The notes under the pieces: generated by a model
Seen by the model: only the letters and a program-made list of their open reading frames with translations
Database searches by the model: none
Told to the model about the DNA's origin: nothing
In this document: one piece after another, positions 29,521 through 39,364 of the stretch
Layout: every line of letters begins with the position of its first letter
Numbering within the stretch: position 1 is the first letter of the stretch
Made by a program: the position numbers and the translations under genes
NCBI GenBank assembly: GCA_964604285.1
Contig: CAZRYL010000002.1
Coordinates: 6,669-70,668 of the forward strand
Source: an uncultured Methanotrichaceae archaeon
GTDB lineage: Archaea; Halobacteriota; Methanosarcinia; Methanotrichales; Methanotrichaceae
Direction of reading: 5' to 3'
DNA: 64,000 nt

Positions 29521-30465
29521 TTGTTGTCGAATTTTTTTAATAAGTGTGGTATAGCTTACCTTTTATTTCTTATTCTCGTGGCGCACCTCCTCATGTCAGG
29601 CTGTATTGAGAAAACAGATACCTCTCGGACTGAGGCGGCCAGGGTGCAGTTGGCTGAGGATTCGCCATTACAACTACATTTGGACTTCGATGCGGACGTG
29701 AGCAGCAACCTCTTTCGCGTACGTGGCAGTCTCATGTTTGCTGGCAACAGATCTTTTCCTTATCTATTGCTGAACGCCACCCTTCGGCAGGGCGACAAAG
29801 CCATTCAGAGCACAAAGTTCCTGTTCATAGAAACTAAACCCGATGAAGACCTCTGCTTTGAGATCTCGAAGAACATGAAAATCCCGCGAGGATGCTATAA
29901 CTGCACCCTGGAGGTTGTCGGACCTGAGGGACTTTTAGACCGTGAGACCAGAGAATGTGGCCAGGCCGAGCCCTGGGAAGAGGCCGTGCTTCCAGCAGGT
30001 TCCGTTCCTTCAGAAAAGCCGGCGACAAAGACCGCAGTGCAATTGTTACAAGAATTTGAGTCAAAGCAAGATGATGCCAGAGAAGGCGAAATAGCGGTCG
30101 ACCGGAAGGATGAAATGACGAACGGAATCGGTGTAGCAGATCGAAAAGATGATGATATTAGCAGCATCTCATCAGAGAGCGCCGCCATGAAGGAGGATTC
30201 GCCTGATGTGAAGGTGAATCCTGATTTAGATAATGATAGCTCGGAGCAGTCGGGTGTAAGATCGAATCTCCCTTCGGACATCTCGGCGAAGCAGAATGGC
30301 CTGAAGCAGGATGGCCTATTTGTGGGCAGCGTCACATCCAAGAAGTACCATCGGCCTGACTGTCGCTATGCCTTGAAGATAAAACCTGATAACAGGATAT
30401 ACTTTGATAGCGCCGAAGATGCCAGGTCGCAGGGCTATCTTCCATGCAAAACCTGCAATCCTTAA
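29521..30465 (+). CDS. Putative lipoprotein with C-terminal Ada-type metal-binding domain
   Basis: Lipobox LMSGC; FVGS..SKKYHRPDC...F.S.EDA...GY.PCK.C.P. Confidence 0.7.
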   Translation: MLSNFFNKCGIAYLLFLILVAHLLMSGCIEKTDTSRTEAARVQLAEDSPLQLHLDFDADVSSNLFRVRGSLMFAGNRSFPYLLLNATLRQGDKAIQSTKFLFIETKPDEDLCFEISKNMKIPRGCYNCTLEVVGPEGLLDRETRECGQAEPWEEAVLPAGSVPSEKPATKTAVQLLQEFESKQDDAREGEIAVDRKDEMTNGIGVADRKDDDISSISSESAAMKEDSPDVKVNPDLDNDSSEQSGVRSNLPSDISAKQNGLKQDGLFVGSVTSKKYHRPDCRYALKIKPDNRIYFDSAEDARSQGYLPCKTCNP

Positions 30466-30498
30466 CCCAACCATTGGTGTCCTCGATCAGCCGGCATC

Positions 30499-31071
30499 CT
30501 AAAAGTCTCCCAGCAGGATGCAGGAGAGGCCTGGGATTTTGGGGGGCGAAGATGTACTCCCAAGGTCTATCCTCTCTTGCGGATAGCCAAGATCTGTAAG
30601 CACGGCGACTCTTCTGGAGAGGCCACAAGATTCCAGATAGTGGCAGAGGCCCTCCAGGTCGGTGCTCGTGTCCGAGATCAGGAAGACGCTCTTGCCCCTT
30701 CGCAGCTCAAAAGCTATGGCTTCAGCATCCAGGGCTCGACCGTGTACGGTGATGGGAACGACTTTCAGCTGACTGATCTTCAGGCGCGCGCATGCTACTT
30801 GCATGCTGGATATTCCCGGAATGACCTTGCCCTTCAAGTATCCCAGGCCGGAGAGCATGGGATCGCCAGTGCTGAGGACCAGAGCCTCTTCGGGAAGCTC
30901 GCGCAGCTTCTTGTAGTCCTCGATCACCTCGACGGTGCAATCGATTGTGATGTGATCCCTGACGAGCTCGATAGCCCTCTTGGAGCCGTAGATGAGATCA
31001 GCACTGCGAATAGCCGAAATTGCCTCCTGGGTTAGCATGCCAGGGCCTGCACCAACTCCTACAATTATCAT
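30499..31071 (-). CDS. cbiE: Cobalt-precorrin-7 C5-methyltransferase
   Basis: MIIVGVGAGPG, STGDPMLSG, PGISS; ATG overlaps the cbiD stop. Confidence 0.85.
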   Translation of the reverse strand: MIIVGVGAGPGMLTQEAISAIRSADLIYGSKRAIELVRDHITIDCTVEVIEDYKKLRELPEEALVLSTGDPMLSGLGYLKGKVIPGISSMQVACARLKISQLKVVPITVHGRALDAEAIAFELRRGKSVFLISDTSTDLEGLCHYLESCGLSRRVAVLTDLGYPQERIDLGSTSSPPKIPGLSCILLGDF

Positions 31072-32078
31072 AGATCTTTGAGGATGCTTCCATCTTTGTG
31101 CAACAATACTATGCGTGTGTGAGGGAGTCTCTTTTTGAGGATCTCCAAAGCCAGGGCAATATTTTTGTGATCCGGCTCCTTCTCCACCATCTCGGCCACG
31201 GTTCCGTAAACTGTGCCCTCTAGAACATCGGGCCAGGCCCACTTGAGTATCAGAGCAGGCAGGCCGCAAAGGATGCTTTCTTGGTCCTCATTGAATGCCA
31301 GTCGATCGAGTCGACTGCCCACAAGTATTGCTTTGTGATCTGGAAATAAGACGCGGCTGAACTTTAGGCCAGTTCTTCCTGTCGTGACAACCACCTTCGT
31401 TGCACCTTGCAGTTCCTCTAAGCGGTCCTCGATGAGGTGATCATTCCAGGGCTCCACGAAGCCAGTCGAGCCCAGGATGGATATGCCGCCTACGATGCCT
31501 AATTTGGGGTTGAGGGTATCTTTGGCCAGCTCTTCGCCCAGTGGAATGCTCAGCTCAACCTCGGCCCCAGCGAGGCCTGTCATCTTCAGCCCTTCTTCAA
31601 TTGCTAGCATTATCTGCCTTCTCGCACAGCGACTTATGGCCGGCTTCCCAATCTCAGCGCAGAGCCCATCTGCCATGATCCTTCCCACGCCCTTGCCAGG
31701 CAGGAGGCCAGTCCTCTCTGCGAGCCGTGCACGCGCCACAACTTCCAGACCTCTGGTGACATCGAACTGATGGTCGCCTCCATTCTTTTTCGCAACGCAA
31801 AAGCCCCCTTTTGCAGAGACCGGCAGGGATACCTCCAGGCCGGCTGGAGTGTTTACCGTCACCATATCAACGGATTTTTTCAGCGACAAGACGGCTCCCT
31901 TGCAGGCTGCAGCCGCTGTGGTGCCAGTCGTCAGGCCACGCCTCAGCAGTTTGCCATTGGACAGGAGGACCCACCGCCCGCTACGAATTTTCTGCAGAAC
32001 ATCGGGATCTCTACTGAGCTTGATCCATGAGGGTGGTATCCGAAAGCCTGTGACTGGGTCAGCGATTGGCTCTGGCAT
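31068..32078 (-). CDS. cbiD: Cobalt-precorrin-5B C1-methyltransferase
   Basis: GLTTGTTAAAA, DVT.G, TLNPKLGI.GGISILGSTG. Confidence 0.92.
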   Translation of the reverse strand: MPEPIADPVTGFRIPPSWIKLSRDPDVLQKIRSGRWVLLSNGKLLRRGLTTGTTAAAACKGAVLSLKKSVDMVTVNTPAGLEVSLPVSAKGGFCVAKKNGGDHQFDVTRGLEVVARARLAERTGLLPGKGVGRIMADGLCAEIGKPAISRCARRQIMLAIEEGLKMTGLAGAEVELSIPLGEELAKDTLNPKLGIVGGISILGSTGFVEPWNDHLIEDRLEELQGATKVVVTTGRTGLKFSRVLFPDHKAILVGSRLDRLAFNEDQESILCGLPALILKWAWPDVLEGTVYGTVAEMVEKEPDHKNIALALEILKKRLPHTRIVLLHKDGSILKDL

Positions 32079-32691
32079 AGGTATTTATGATCTCGTTTAA
32101 GGCTGCGACGGCAATGGGCGTTCCGCCGCGCGTGCCAACTGTGGAGATGGACGGCACATCGATCTTTCTCAGCCTTTCCTTGCTCTCGGCAGCGTTCACA
32201 AAACCCACTGGTACTCCTATGACCAGCTTGGGTGAAACATCACCCGATTCCATCAGGTCGCACAGGGCGAGCAGGGCAGAAGGCGCATTTCCAATGGCAA
32301 TTATTGACCCGGACAGCTTTTCCTTCAGGGCAAAGATGCCGGCAGAGGTGCGGGTGATTCCATGGGCAACTGCGAGGTCATCGCCAGTGCCGATGATGGT
32401 TTCGATTCTGCTTTTGTGGCCAATCTTCACAACTCCTGCTTCTACCATTTTAATGTCAACGAAGATTGGTGCTCTTCTATTCAGGGCCTGCAGGCCTGCC
32501 TGGACAGGTTGATGCAGAAATCTCAGGATATCGGCCACACTGGGATCGCCTGTAGCAATGACACACCTTTGAGCTATCCTGTCTTCAAGGGTATTGTCTC
32601 CGATTAGGCCTGAGATCATTTTGCGGCTTTTTCTGCTGATCTGCATGGCTTCCGGCGTGGTAGCCCCAATATCAGTGTATTCTTCCATCAT
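32059..32691 (-). CDS. cbiC: Cobalt-precorrin-8 methylmutase
   Basis: TRTSAG, IGNAPSAL, GVPVGFVNAAESK, GTRGG. Confidence 0.92.
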   Translation of the reverse strand: MMEEYTDIGATTPEAMQISRKSRKMISGLIGDNTLEDRIAQRCVIATGDPSVADILRFLHQPVQAGLQALNRRAPIFVDIKMVEAGVVKIGHKSRIETIIGTGDDLAVAHGITRTSAGIFALKEKLSGSIIAIGNAPSALLALCDLMESGDVSPKLVIGVPVGFVNAAESKERLRKIDVPSISTVGTRGGTPIAVAALNEIINTYARANR

Positions 32692-32702
32692 GAAAATCAG
32701 CT

Positions 32703-34103
32703 CTAATAGCTGTATTTAGTTTCGTATCCTCTTTTGGTAATTATCCTCCCATCTTTTATGTGGGAGTTCTCAGAAGCGATGAGAAGGGTGAACCGAAATC
32801 CGCTGGGTTGTGCGGCTATAAGATCTTCTGCGGTCAATATCATCATCGTTTCGCCATCACGCATCACATCCCTGGCCAGGACGCAAGGCCTGTCAGGATC
32901 GATATCTCTCAGCAGATTGGCGACTTCATGCCCTTTCACGTTGTACGCAACAACTCCAAATCCCGCGCCGGAGAGGAGGGAGACTGCCATTGGGTCTTTG
33001 GGCTCTGAGAGCAGGGCAAAGTCGTTGACCAGTGGGGCGCCTGCTCTTGCGGCGACGGAGGAAAAGGCGCTGACCCCTGCAGAGACGTGCACAGGTACAA
33101 TTCCTCGTGCCATATCAATGATCCTCCATCCGGAGCTGAAGGTGCTGGGATCGCCGCCTGTCAGGATGGCAGCCTTCTGGCCTGCCTTTGCAGCGGCACA
33201 AGCCTCGCAAAAGCGAGATGCAATCTTCTCCGCGCAGGTCCCAGAATGTGCAACTTTCTCGCCCACAGAAAGATCGCCTATCAGATCGAGGTACCTTTCA
33301 GCACCAAATATCTTAGTCGAGCTTTTAATGATGCTCTCTGCCTCCCGTGTCAGTTGCGTTCGCTCTCCCGGGCCTGTGCCCACCACATTGACCTTTGCCA
33401 TTTGGGCAACCTCACCCTTGAAAGTGCCCTTTCCGGTGATGATTACCAGGGTGTTCATGTCAATTTTCTCGCGCAGGGATTCGTCTTCGATCAGATTCTG
33501 GGATGTGGTCCAGACGACCTGCTGATTCTCACGCCCCACATTCTTGGCCACAAGCGCATCTCTGTTTCCGCTGATGTCCAGGGCTCGAATGAGCTGCCAG
33601 TCGCGCTTTTTGCTGCGAGGATTGTAAAGAGCGACTGGCATTTGCAGCTCTGCAGCGATCTTGAGGCGGCTCTCGATCTTTCGCCAGGGTGTCAAGAGAT
33701 CGCTGAGGCTGATCACTGCCACGCATTGACGGAATGCCAGGCCAAAGCGGCAGGCAGCAGCCGAAAACGATGTCACACCCGGCACGATCTCCACCTCTTG
33801 GGGATTGGGTGCCAGTTCAAGTCCAAGGCCGGCCATGCCGTAGACATTGGGGTCTCCGCTGCTCACCAATGCTGTGGATCCCTCTTCGAGAAGACCGACA
33901 GCTGCCCTTACCCTGTCCACCTCCTTGCCCATGCCGCTTGCCACAACATTCTTGCCATCCAGAAGGTCACGAATCATGCTGAGGTAGGGCCTGTAGCCGA
34001 CAACAAAGTCCGATTCTAGGATGGCCTGCTCTGCAGCAATGGTTCGCAGGCCTCTCTCGCCCGGGCCTATGCCCACTATCTTGAGTTTATGCTCCGATGG
34101 CAA
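32703..34103 (-). CDS. cbiH: Precorrin-3B C17-methyltransferase with a second tandem methyltransferase domain
   Basis: VGIGPG, SSGDPNVYG, ISLSDLLTPW, LYNPRS, C-terminal TKRGY; second VGTGPG/GGDP domain. Confidence 0.85.
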   Translation of the reverse strand: MPSEHKLKIVGIGPGERGLRTIAAEQAILESDFVVGYRPYLSMIRDLLDGKNVVASGMGKEVDRVRAAVGLLEEGSTALVSSGDPNVYGMAGLGLELAPNPQEVEIVPGVTSFSAAACRFGLAFRQCVAVISLSDLLTPWRKIESRLKIAAELQMPVALYNPRSKKRDWQLIRALDISGNRDALVAKNVGRENQQVVWTTSQNLIEDESLREKIDMNTLVIITGKGTFKGEVAQMAKVNVVGTGPGERTQLTREAESIIKSSTKIFGAERYLDLIGDLSVGEKVAHSGTCAEKIASRFCEACAAAKAGQKAAILTGGDPSTFSSGWRIIDMARGIVPVHVSAGVSAFSSVAARAGAPLVNDFALLSEPKDPMAVSLLSGAGFGVVAYNVKGHEVANLLRDIDPDRPCVLARDVMRDGETMMILTAEDLIAAQPSGFRFTLLIASENSHIKDGRIITKRGYETKYSY

Positions 34104-34908
34104 CAGTCACCCTCCCGTAGGCTTTCTTAGGAAGGATCAGCTTCGTGGCCAGCGCTAAAACTGCGGGCTCTGCCACCCCGGCAAGGCCTAGGTCCGTCGC
34201 ACGAGAGGACGTGGTGGGGGCTTGGGCGTTTAGAACCTCTTCTGAGAGGTAGAGTATCTCTTTTCCCAGGCACCTGGCCGCTTCTGTCATGCCGCCTTCG
34301 TCCCTCTTGAGCCAAGCTGTGGCCAGGACTCCGATGTCTTCCCGCCTCCTTCCAGCTTCGGCCAGAGCAGCGTCGATTGCCTCAAGCACTTCAGAGTATG
34401 ACACTCCCTTTCTCGCTCCCAAACCCACTACCAGGCCTTTTGCCTTCAGGACAGCTACATCCTCATCGACCACCACTATCTTCGGGCCTTTCAGTCTCAT
34501 GACAGGCACATCCTCTCTGATGAAGGCGAGGTTAACGGCTTTTGAGGAATCCCTGTCAACTATCCTGGCGCCCAGCTTTGATGCCACACCCTCCAGGCAG
34601 GGGCGGCCTGAGGCATCGGTGGCAGTTGTGATGGCAGGAAAGAGGCCCAGAGCATTCGCCAGGCAAAGGGCCAGATCATTGGCTCCGTGGTGGCCCCCAA
34701 TTACTGGAACAGCGCATTTCAAAGACGAGTCGACTGCTACAGTGGGTGTGTCAGTCCACTTGTCCCTGAGGTGGCCGCAAAGGAATCTCACAACGATTCC
34801 CACGGCCATGACAGCAACCAGCAGATCGAATTTTGACAGAACTTTCTCATTCTCCTCTCTCCCCCAAAAAATCAGAGATGGCCTGTAGTTCTCGGCCAGG
34901 GACTGCAC
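34087..34908 (-). CDS. cbiG: Cobalt-precorrin-5A hydrolase (true start probably further upstream, see findings)
   Basis: MAVGIVVR, DK.TD.P, GGHHGAN, ITTATD, GVAEPA. Confidence 0.88.
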   Translation of the reverse strand: MQSLAENYRPSLIFWGREENEKVLSKFDLLVAVMAVGIVVRFLCGHLRDKWTDTPTVAVDSSLKCAVPVIGGHHGANDLALCLANALGLFPAITTATDASGRPCLEGVASKLGARIVDRDSSKAVNLAFIREDVPVMRLKGPKIVVVDEDVAVLKAKGLVVGLGARKGVSYSEVLEAIDAALAEAGRRREDIGVLATAWLKRDEGGMTEAARCLGKEILYLSEEVLNAQAPTTSSRATDLGLAGVAEPAVLALATKLILPKKAYGRVTVAIGA

Positions 34909-34967
34909 GATCCTCTCACCCTTCTCCTTGTCCCTGGGAAAGACCAGTACACCAACCGATCTTTGCG

Positions 34968-35693
34968 CTACCTTTCCGGATATTGACGATCCCGGTATAG
35001 GTGAGACCTCCTAAAACCCTTTTTTGTTACCACGCCGCCTACGATGATGAGTGCGCTGCGGTAAATGCTCGCAGCCTCCACCTTCTCGGCGATGTCCCCA
35101 AGCGTTCCGAGGAGGATCTTCTGGTCCGGCCAGGAGGCATGGTAGACTACGGCGACGGGCGTGTCTGCGGGCCGGTCCAAGGAGTCGACTATCTCTCTTA
35201 TCCTGTCTATTCCCAGGAAAATTGCGAGAGTTGTGCCGTGCCTGCTCAGTGCCCTCAGCTCATCCTTTTCCAGGGTTGTACCAGCAGGCCTTGTGACGAT
35301 CAAAGACTCGGATACGCCCTTGAGTGTGAGCTGGGTCTTGAGGGCTGCAGAGGCTGCAAATAGAGATGACACTCCCGGAACCACCTCCACATCCACCCCT
35401 GCCTCCTCCAGGGGCTTCATTTGCTCGATGATGGCACCGTAAAGCGAGGGATCTCCGCTGTGCAAGCGTACAACCTTTTTTCCGGACCGCAAAGCTTCGA
35501 TGATCTTGGCTGTGGTGGCCTCCAGGGAGAGGCCGTTGCTGTCCACCAGCTCTGCATTGAGGTCCTTCAGGAGTTCGGGGTTCACCAGAGAGCCGGCATA
35601 GACCACAAGATCTGCCTCCTCTAGCAGCCTCTTTCCTTTCACAGTGATCAGGTCGACATCTCCGGGACCTGCGCCGACGAAGTGGACCTTCAT
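34968..35693 (-). CDS. cbiF: Cobalt-precorrin-4 C11-methyltransferase
   Basis: [41 protein letters not shown]. Confidence 0.93.
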   Translation of the reverse strand: MKVHFVGAGPGDVDLITVKGKRLLEEADLVVYAGSLVNPELLKDLNAELVDSNGLSLEATTAKIIEALRSGKKVVRLHSGDPSLYGAIIEQMKPLEEAGVDVEVVPGVSSLFAASAALKTQLTLKGVSESLIVTRPAGTTLEKDELRALSRHGTTLAIFLGIDRIREIVDSLDRPADTPVAVVYHASWPDQKILLGTLGDIAEKVEAASIYRSALIIVGGVVTKKGFRRSHLYRDRQYPER

Positions 35694-36298
35694 CTACGCC
35701 TCTTGGCCAGTAGAACGCTGAAATAGTCGCTCGTCTTGGGCATCTCTCCCCGTATGATCTTTTCCTGGGGCGTGCAAAGCCGCATCCCAAGAACGAAATC
35801 CTCAAAGCCCCTCTGGCGCAGCTCCTCTGCCAGCTTCCTCGGCTTCGTTGCCTTTATCCTTATGATCGAATCTACCGGAGATCCGTCTGAGACCTCAAAG
35901 GAACTCTCCAGGGCTGCATCAAAGCTTGCAGCCATGGCAGGGACAACGCCTACCCCAGGAATGGTCTGGATCTCAATCTCAGGGTATCTTTGTCTGATCA
36001 CACGCTTAAGGTGGCTGAAGGTGGAGAAGGTGTTAACGTCTCCAATGCACCCGAAGCCCGTTATGCCTGATAATGCGAATCTGGCAACTGTATCAGCGTT
36101 ATTGCGCCAGATCTTCTCGAGCTCGACTTTGTTCTCGATCATGGGAAACTCCATGATCTCAGGAATGCAATAGGGCTGTGCCAGTTCTGCAGCCATCTCT
36201 CCCGGGACGAAGACCTTTGTGCACCTTCTGAGGGCTGCTGCTGCTTTGAATGTCATGAGCTCCGGATCGCCGGGGCCAAGACTTACGCCGATCAACAT
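35690..36298 (-). CDS. cbiL: Cobalt-factor II C20-methyltransferase
   Basis: [22 protein letters not shown]...FSTF, YFS. Confidence 0.85.
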   Translation of the reverse strand: MLIGVSLGPGDPELMTFKAAAALRRCTKVFVPGEMAAELAQPYCIPEIMEFPMIENKVELEKIWRNNADTVARFALSGITGFGCIGDVNTFSTFSHLKRVIRQRYPEIEIQTIPGVGVVPAMAASFDAALESSFEVSDGSPVDSIIRIKATKPRKLAEELRQRGFEDFVLGMRLCTPQEKIIRGEMPKTSDYFSVLLAKRRR

Positions 36299-36804
36299 TT
36301 GCCTATCACCATGAAGATGGGGTTGACGGGCTTTAAGGCTATGTCCCCAGCCAGTTCGTAACCCCTTGAAATATGTATCTGGATCAGCTCCTGAAAGATG
36401 CCCTCCTCCTTCATCATGGCAGCCACGCGCCCGGCGATTCCAATCCTTGCCAGGTCGGCCACGATGATGCAGCCAGGAGATGCCCTCTTTATGAGCACGG
36501 GCAAGAACCTTTCGATCCCGCGCGTGCCGCCGATGAAGCATCTATCGATTTTGGGAAGCTGGGGCATGATCTCGGAGGCATCTCCAAGGAAAAATCTGCC
36601 GCATTTAACCCTCGTCTTTGAGATCTCCACCGCCTCTTTGCGCAGGTCGATCCCGTAGATTCTGTCTGTGAAGCGGGATGCAGCCAGGGAGACGGCACCC
36701 GAGCCACAGCCTATATCCAGAAAGGTGCTGCTCGGTTGAATTTTCAGCTTTCCCATGGCGATGTAAATGTTCTCCTCTTGGGTCGCCGTGCCCGGAAGCT
36801 TCAT
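36292..36804 (-). CDS. cbiT: Cobalt-precorrin-6B C15-methyltransferase (decarboxylating)
   Basis: TQEE, DIGCGSGAV, FIGGT, NPIF; first gene of the operon. Confidence 0.85.
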   Translation of the reverse strand: MKLPGTATQEENIYIAMGKLKIQPSSTFLDIGCGSGAVSLAASRFTDRIYGIDLRKEAVEISKTRVKCGRFFLGDASEIMPQLPKIDRCFIGGTRGIERFLPVLIKRASPGCIIVADLARIGIAGRVAAMMKEEGIFQELIQIHISRGYELAGDIALKPVNPIFMVIGKC

Positions 36805-36881
36805 GGAATTCTAAAATGATGGGCTGAAATAAAAGGTTAATCCAAGTCAACTTGCTTGAAGTTAAATTTAGTAATTCTTTT

Positions 36882-37421
36882 TCAGTCATCCGCTGGCGGA
36901 TCCGCATCCAGGGAGTCTTGCTGTGTGGCCATATCATAATATCCCGATATTCTGACGATATCGAGCCTGGATATCTCGTAAGCTCCTCCTCTCCTTTGCA
37001 GGGGCGGATTGGCCTCGATCTCCTGCAAGGTTATGCCTCTCTTGCCATCATCATAGTTCTGTGCAGCCATCCCCCAGGGCAGCAGATGCGCAGACCTGGG
37101 CTGGCCTGGCCCCCGGCGCAGCTCAACGGCCAGGATGCCTTGTCTCCCAGAGCGGGCGATGAAATCCGTCTCTCGTGACAATTGGTGCTCTCCGGCAGCA
37201 GTGCTGAAATGCTGCTTGAAGTAAAGTGACTTTGTCTTGCGTGCATCTACGCTCTTGCACTCTATGGCCAGGTAGTACTCGGGAATTCGTGAGTCGACCA
37301 GTATGTCGACCAATTGAGCTGCAAAACGCGACTGCTTGAGACGGTAGGCTATTGCAGCGATATTTTCTCTTAAGAAGAATGAGTTCAGGGCGCCCACTAG
37401 CGCCCACTCAAAGTCGCTCAT
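36882..37421 (-). CDS. PD-(D/E)xK nuclease, Holliday-junction-resolvase-like
   Basis: SDFE at N-terminus, VDILVDS, AIECKS, HQL. Confidence 0.6.
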   Translation of the reverse strand: MSDFEWALVGALNSFFLRENIAAIAYRLKQSRFAAQLVDILVDSRIPEYYLAIECKSVDARKTKSLYFKQHFSTAAGEHQLSRETDFIARSGRQGILAVELRRGPGQPRSAHLLPWGMAAQNYDDGKRGITLQEIEANPPLQRRGGAYEISRLDIVRISGYYDMATQQDSLDADPPADD

Positions 37422-37531
37422 TTCGGCATCACTTTATAGGATCTTCAATTGTTTTTTCATACACATGAAAGGCCCACATGAGTGGCTCCTGGGTCATGGG
37501 AATTTTCCTCAAATCGCATCTAGCCTTGAAG

Positions 37532-38197
37532 CTAAAATTCTCTGCCCTTTACCCGGATGATATCGAATACCGCCGTGCTGGCCACGTGCATCACCGCGAA
37601 GGTTCCTGCTTGGATTGGGTCCGTCACAACCAGGTCTGCCTGATCTGGAACTGACCCGGCCATCTTTAAGGCTATGACGGGTATGCCCTCTGCCTGAAGC
37701 TTCTTCACCTCCTCGGTGATGCGCCCGCCCATCAGTGCTCCTGCCAGCACAAGGATTGAGGCACGTGGCAGGCGACTGACGGCGCTAACGGCATCGGCAA
37801 TGGCATCTTCGCCAACTAGCGGGATGGTGTCCACGCTTATGCGCTCGCCCCGAAGATTATGCCGGTCTGCTTCGTTTACGGCACCAACGGCCACTTGTGC
37901 CACCTGGGCTCCGCCTCCGATTATTATCACCCTTGAGCCGTAGATCTTCTCGAAGGATTTGTGAATTGAGACCTCAGTGATGGAATCAAGCGCTTCAAGG
38001 TCTTCCACCATTTTCTTGGCCTCTTTTTCAGGGCCATCGATCTCCATGTAGACCGATGCCTTGCCCTTATTCACTCCCCGCTCCACCACGAACTGCTGGG
38101 TGTAGACTATATTGCCGCCTCTCATTGCCACCACGCCGGCTATGTCGCGCAGCATCCCCGGGCGATCTTGGCAGATCACATTTATGGCAGTGCTCAT
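37532..38197 (-). CDS. ACT-domain protein, DUF5612 family
   Basis: DRPGMLRDI ACT domain; GGGAQVAQVA.GA..EADRHN.RGERISVDT. Confidence 0.8.
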   Translation of the reverse strand: MSTAINVICQDRPGMLRDIAGVVAMRGGNIVYTQQFVVERGVNKGKASVYMEIDGPEKEAKKMVEDLEALDSITEVSIHKSFEKIYGSRVIIIGGGAQVAQVAVGAVNEADRHNLRGERISVDTIPLVGEDAIADAVSAVSRLPRASILVLAGALMGGRITEEVKKLQAEGIPVIALKMAGSVPDQADLVVTDPIQAGTFAVMHVASTAVFDIIRVKGREF

Positions 38198-38256
38198 ATA
38201 TGCCTGGATTGTAGCACTGGTAAACTTTAATATGGCGAGTGGATACCTTAAAGGCG

Positions 38257-38577
38257 ATGGCGTTTAATCCCGAATACTGCCCCAAATGCGGCAAGGTCCT
38301 TGTGCCCAAAAAAGGTGTTCTGTTCTGCAAGAAATGCAATTATGAGAAGCCGAAGACTGCCAATGCCTCGTTCATAAGCAAAACCGAGCAGAAAAAAAGC
38401 GAAATGCCTATTTTGGAGGGAAATATCCAGCTTCTACCCACGACCAACGCCAAATGTCCAGAGTGCGGCAATAATGTCGCTTACTGGGAGATGAAACAAA
38501 CCAGAGCCGCCGATGAAAGCCCGACGCGCTTTCTGACCTGCACAAAATGTGGGTTTAGGTGGAGAAGATACGAATAA
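38257..38577 (+). CDS. tfs: Transcription factor S (TFS)
   Basis: Two Zn ribbons and QTRAADE acidic loop; upstream of pcna. Confidence 0.88.
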   Translation: MAFNPEYCPKCGKVLVPKKGVLFCKKCNYEKPKTANASFISKTEQKKSEMPILEGNIQLLPTTNAKCPECGNNVAYWEMKQTRAADESPTRFLTCTKCGFRWRRYE

Positions 38578-38617
38578 AAGAGTTTAAGTTAAATAAGTAG
38601 GATGCATCTTCACTGAG

Positions 38618-39364
38618 GTGGCTCAAGGAATGTTCAAGGCATCAATCAACGCGGAAAACCTGCGCGATGCGATCGAATCGGTATCGTCTTTAGTGGACGA
38701 AGTGAAGTTCTCGATTTCGGAAAAGGGCTTGGAGCTGAAGGCGGTCGATCCTGCGAACGTTGCCATGGTATCGCTCAGGGTCCGCGCGGAAGCATTCGAT
38801 TTTTTTAAGGCCGATCAGGGCGAGATAGGCGTTGACTTGGTGCGCTTGAGCGATGTCCTGAGCATGGCAGATAAAGGCGAGAATGTGGGGCTGGAGCTGG
38901 ACGAGGAGAACCATAAGCTGAAGATCGGCGTCGGATCTCTGTCCTATACCTTAAGCCTGATTGATCCAACTGCAATCCGAAAAGAGCCGCGCATTCCAGA
39001 GCTGGACCTGCCCGCGCACGTTACGCTGCCTGGTGTCGAGCTACGCCGGGCTGTGAAGGCTGCTGAGAAGGTCAGCGATCACGTCGTACTGGGCGTTTCA
39101 GATGAGGGATTTTATATGGAGGCAAAAGGGGATATCGACTCACTTAAGCTCAAGATCCCCAGCACTGAGCTCCTGGGCATGAAGCCGGGAGAGGCCAGAT
39201 CTCTCTTCTCGCTGGACTATCTTGAGGACATGAGCAAGTCCATCAGCAAGGCTCCCGAGGTAACTCTCGAGATGGGCATAGACTATCCCCTTCGGGTGAA
39301 CTTCAAACTCGGCCAGTTCGTGGAGATCAGCTACCTCTTAGCTCCGCGCATTGAGCAGGAATGA
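38618..39364 (+). CDS. pcn: DNA sliding clamp PCNA
   Basis: AVDPANVAMV, SLFSLDYL, LLAPRIE. Confidence 0.97.
   Translation: MAQGMFKASINAENLRDAIESVSSLVDEVKFSISEKGLELKAVDPANVAMVSLRVRAEAFDFFKADQGEIGVDLVRLSDVLSMADKGENVGLELDEENHKLKIGVGSLSYTLSLIDPTAIRKEPRIPELDLPAHVTLPGVELRRAVKAAEKVSDHVVLGVSDEGFYMEAKGDIDSLKLKIPSTELLGMKPGEARSLFSLDYLEDMSKSISKAPEVTLEMGIDYPLRVNFKLGQFVEISYLLAPRIEQE

Noticed and set aside
36805-36881. Cobalamin riboswitch before the cbi operon
   Set aside because: The spacer is too short and AT-rich and has no B12 box
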